Assembly (NCBI GenBank): GCA_035299545.1
Contig: DATGWJ010000024.1
Span: 18,150 to 82,149, forward strand
Source of the DNA: Minisyncoccota bacterium
GTDB lineage: Bacteria > Patescibacteriota > Minisyncoccia > Phycocordibacterales > UBA9973
Length of the DNA stretch: 64,000 bases
Direction of reading: 5' to 3'
This document shows positions 63,448-64,000 of the stretch, piece by piece. A program made the translations under genes and the position numbers. The notes beneath the pieces are model-generated. The model had not been told where the DNA came from. It made no database searches and saw only the letters and a list, made by a program, of their open reading frames with translations. The stretch's first letter is position 1. Every line of letters begins with the position of its first letter.

Positions 63448-63562
63448 AAGTGGAACAAAATAGTCTAAAATTGGGTCCGGATAATTTTCTGCTGAAAATT
63501 TCCTCATTGCTCGGGCCGTCGCCCTTGCGCACGCCCCAATTTTAGACTATTTTGTTCCACTT
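63448..63562 (-). mobile_element. palindromic element with perfect 28-bp arms and conserved core
   Basis: 63448..63475 and 63535..63562 are exact reverse complements; core about 40/45 identical to 59846..59889. Confidence 0.82.
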
Positions 63563-63896
63563 GCAAATAAAAAATCCTTCCCTTTTATGGAAGAATCTCT
63601 TATTAGGACTATCGAACAAAGTATTACTGTAGCACCATATATACGTGGGATTAAGAATGATAAAGATTTGTTCACATAAATTGTATACAGCACTTTATCA
63701 AAACTTTCTATCCCCTAAAAAATTGTTCTAAGTAACACATTTCAAATAATCCTATTTAAAGTATACTCTTCGGATATAACTCTGCAAGTAATTTTAATTA
63801 TAGAGCACACCTTTGACATACTTTCAAATCAAGTTTTTAATTCCTCTTGAAAAACAATTATAAAAAAAATCTCCCGAAGGAGATTTTTTTGATAAA

Positions 63897-64000
63897 TTAT
63901 TTCTTTTTTGCTTGTGTAAATTTCTCATGAACAGTTTCGTATGAGAAAATTTCGGATTCAGAGAACCAATGAGCTATTTCCTGCTCTGCATCTTTGGCAT
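63897..64000 (-). CDS. ndk: nucleoside diphosphate kinase, C-terminal fragment
   Basis: Hand translation ...AKDAEQEIAHWFSESEIFSY... matches the NDK C-terminal pattern. Confidence 0.7.
   Translation of the reverse strand, partial: AKDAEQEIAHWFSESEIFSYETVHEKFTQAKKK

Noticed and set aside
63418-63507. N-terminal extension of the beta-CASP nuclease in the ORF track
   Set aside because: The upstream ATG lies inside the palindromic element; the MBL fold starts after ATG 63417.
63570-63860. Possible DnaA-box cluster or origin in a long intergenic region
   Set aside because: Only degenerate matches to TTATCCACA, and no dnaA/dnaN nearby.

Overview
AT-rich bacterial chromosomal window using the standard bacterial code. 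Gene content and style point to Patescibacteria/CPR, probably Parcubacteria (inference). It carries housekeeping genes (pyrG, ftsE/ftsX, prfB, gatA/gatC, ligA, recG, ftsH, smpB-ssrA, infC-rpmI-rplT, partial ndk) and a monoderm-type type IV pilus/competence locus. It also has two tandem tailspike-like beta-helix proteins, two modular peptidoglycan-binding surface proteins, a GT2/deacetylase exopolysaccharide operon, nine tRNAs and an accessory island beside tRNA-Gln. The most striking unexplained signal is non-coding. Four tRNAs and the tmRNA are each followed by a small element built from an antisense (and often a sense) copy of that particular RNA's own 3' end plus shared hairpin modules. A related ~45-nt core flanked by locus-specific inverted repeats occurs intergenically and in-frame inside a phosphohexomutase. 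Other palindromic repeat families sit in-frame in ligA and supply the start codons of pyrG and ligA. The tRNA set is unusual: Ser(ACT), Ile(TAT) and a non-canonical initiator. No CRISPR array, rRNA, integrase or transposase was seen. All calls are by eye; no searches were run.
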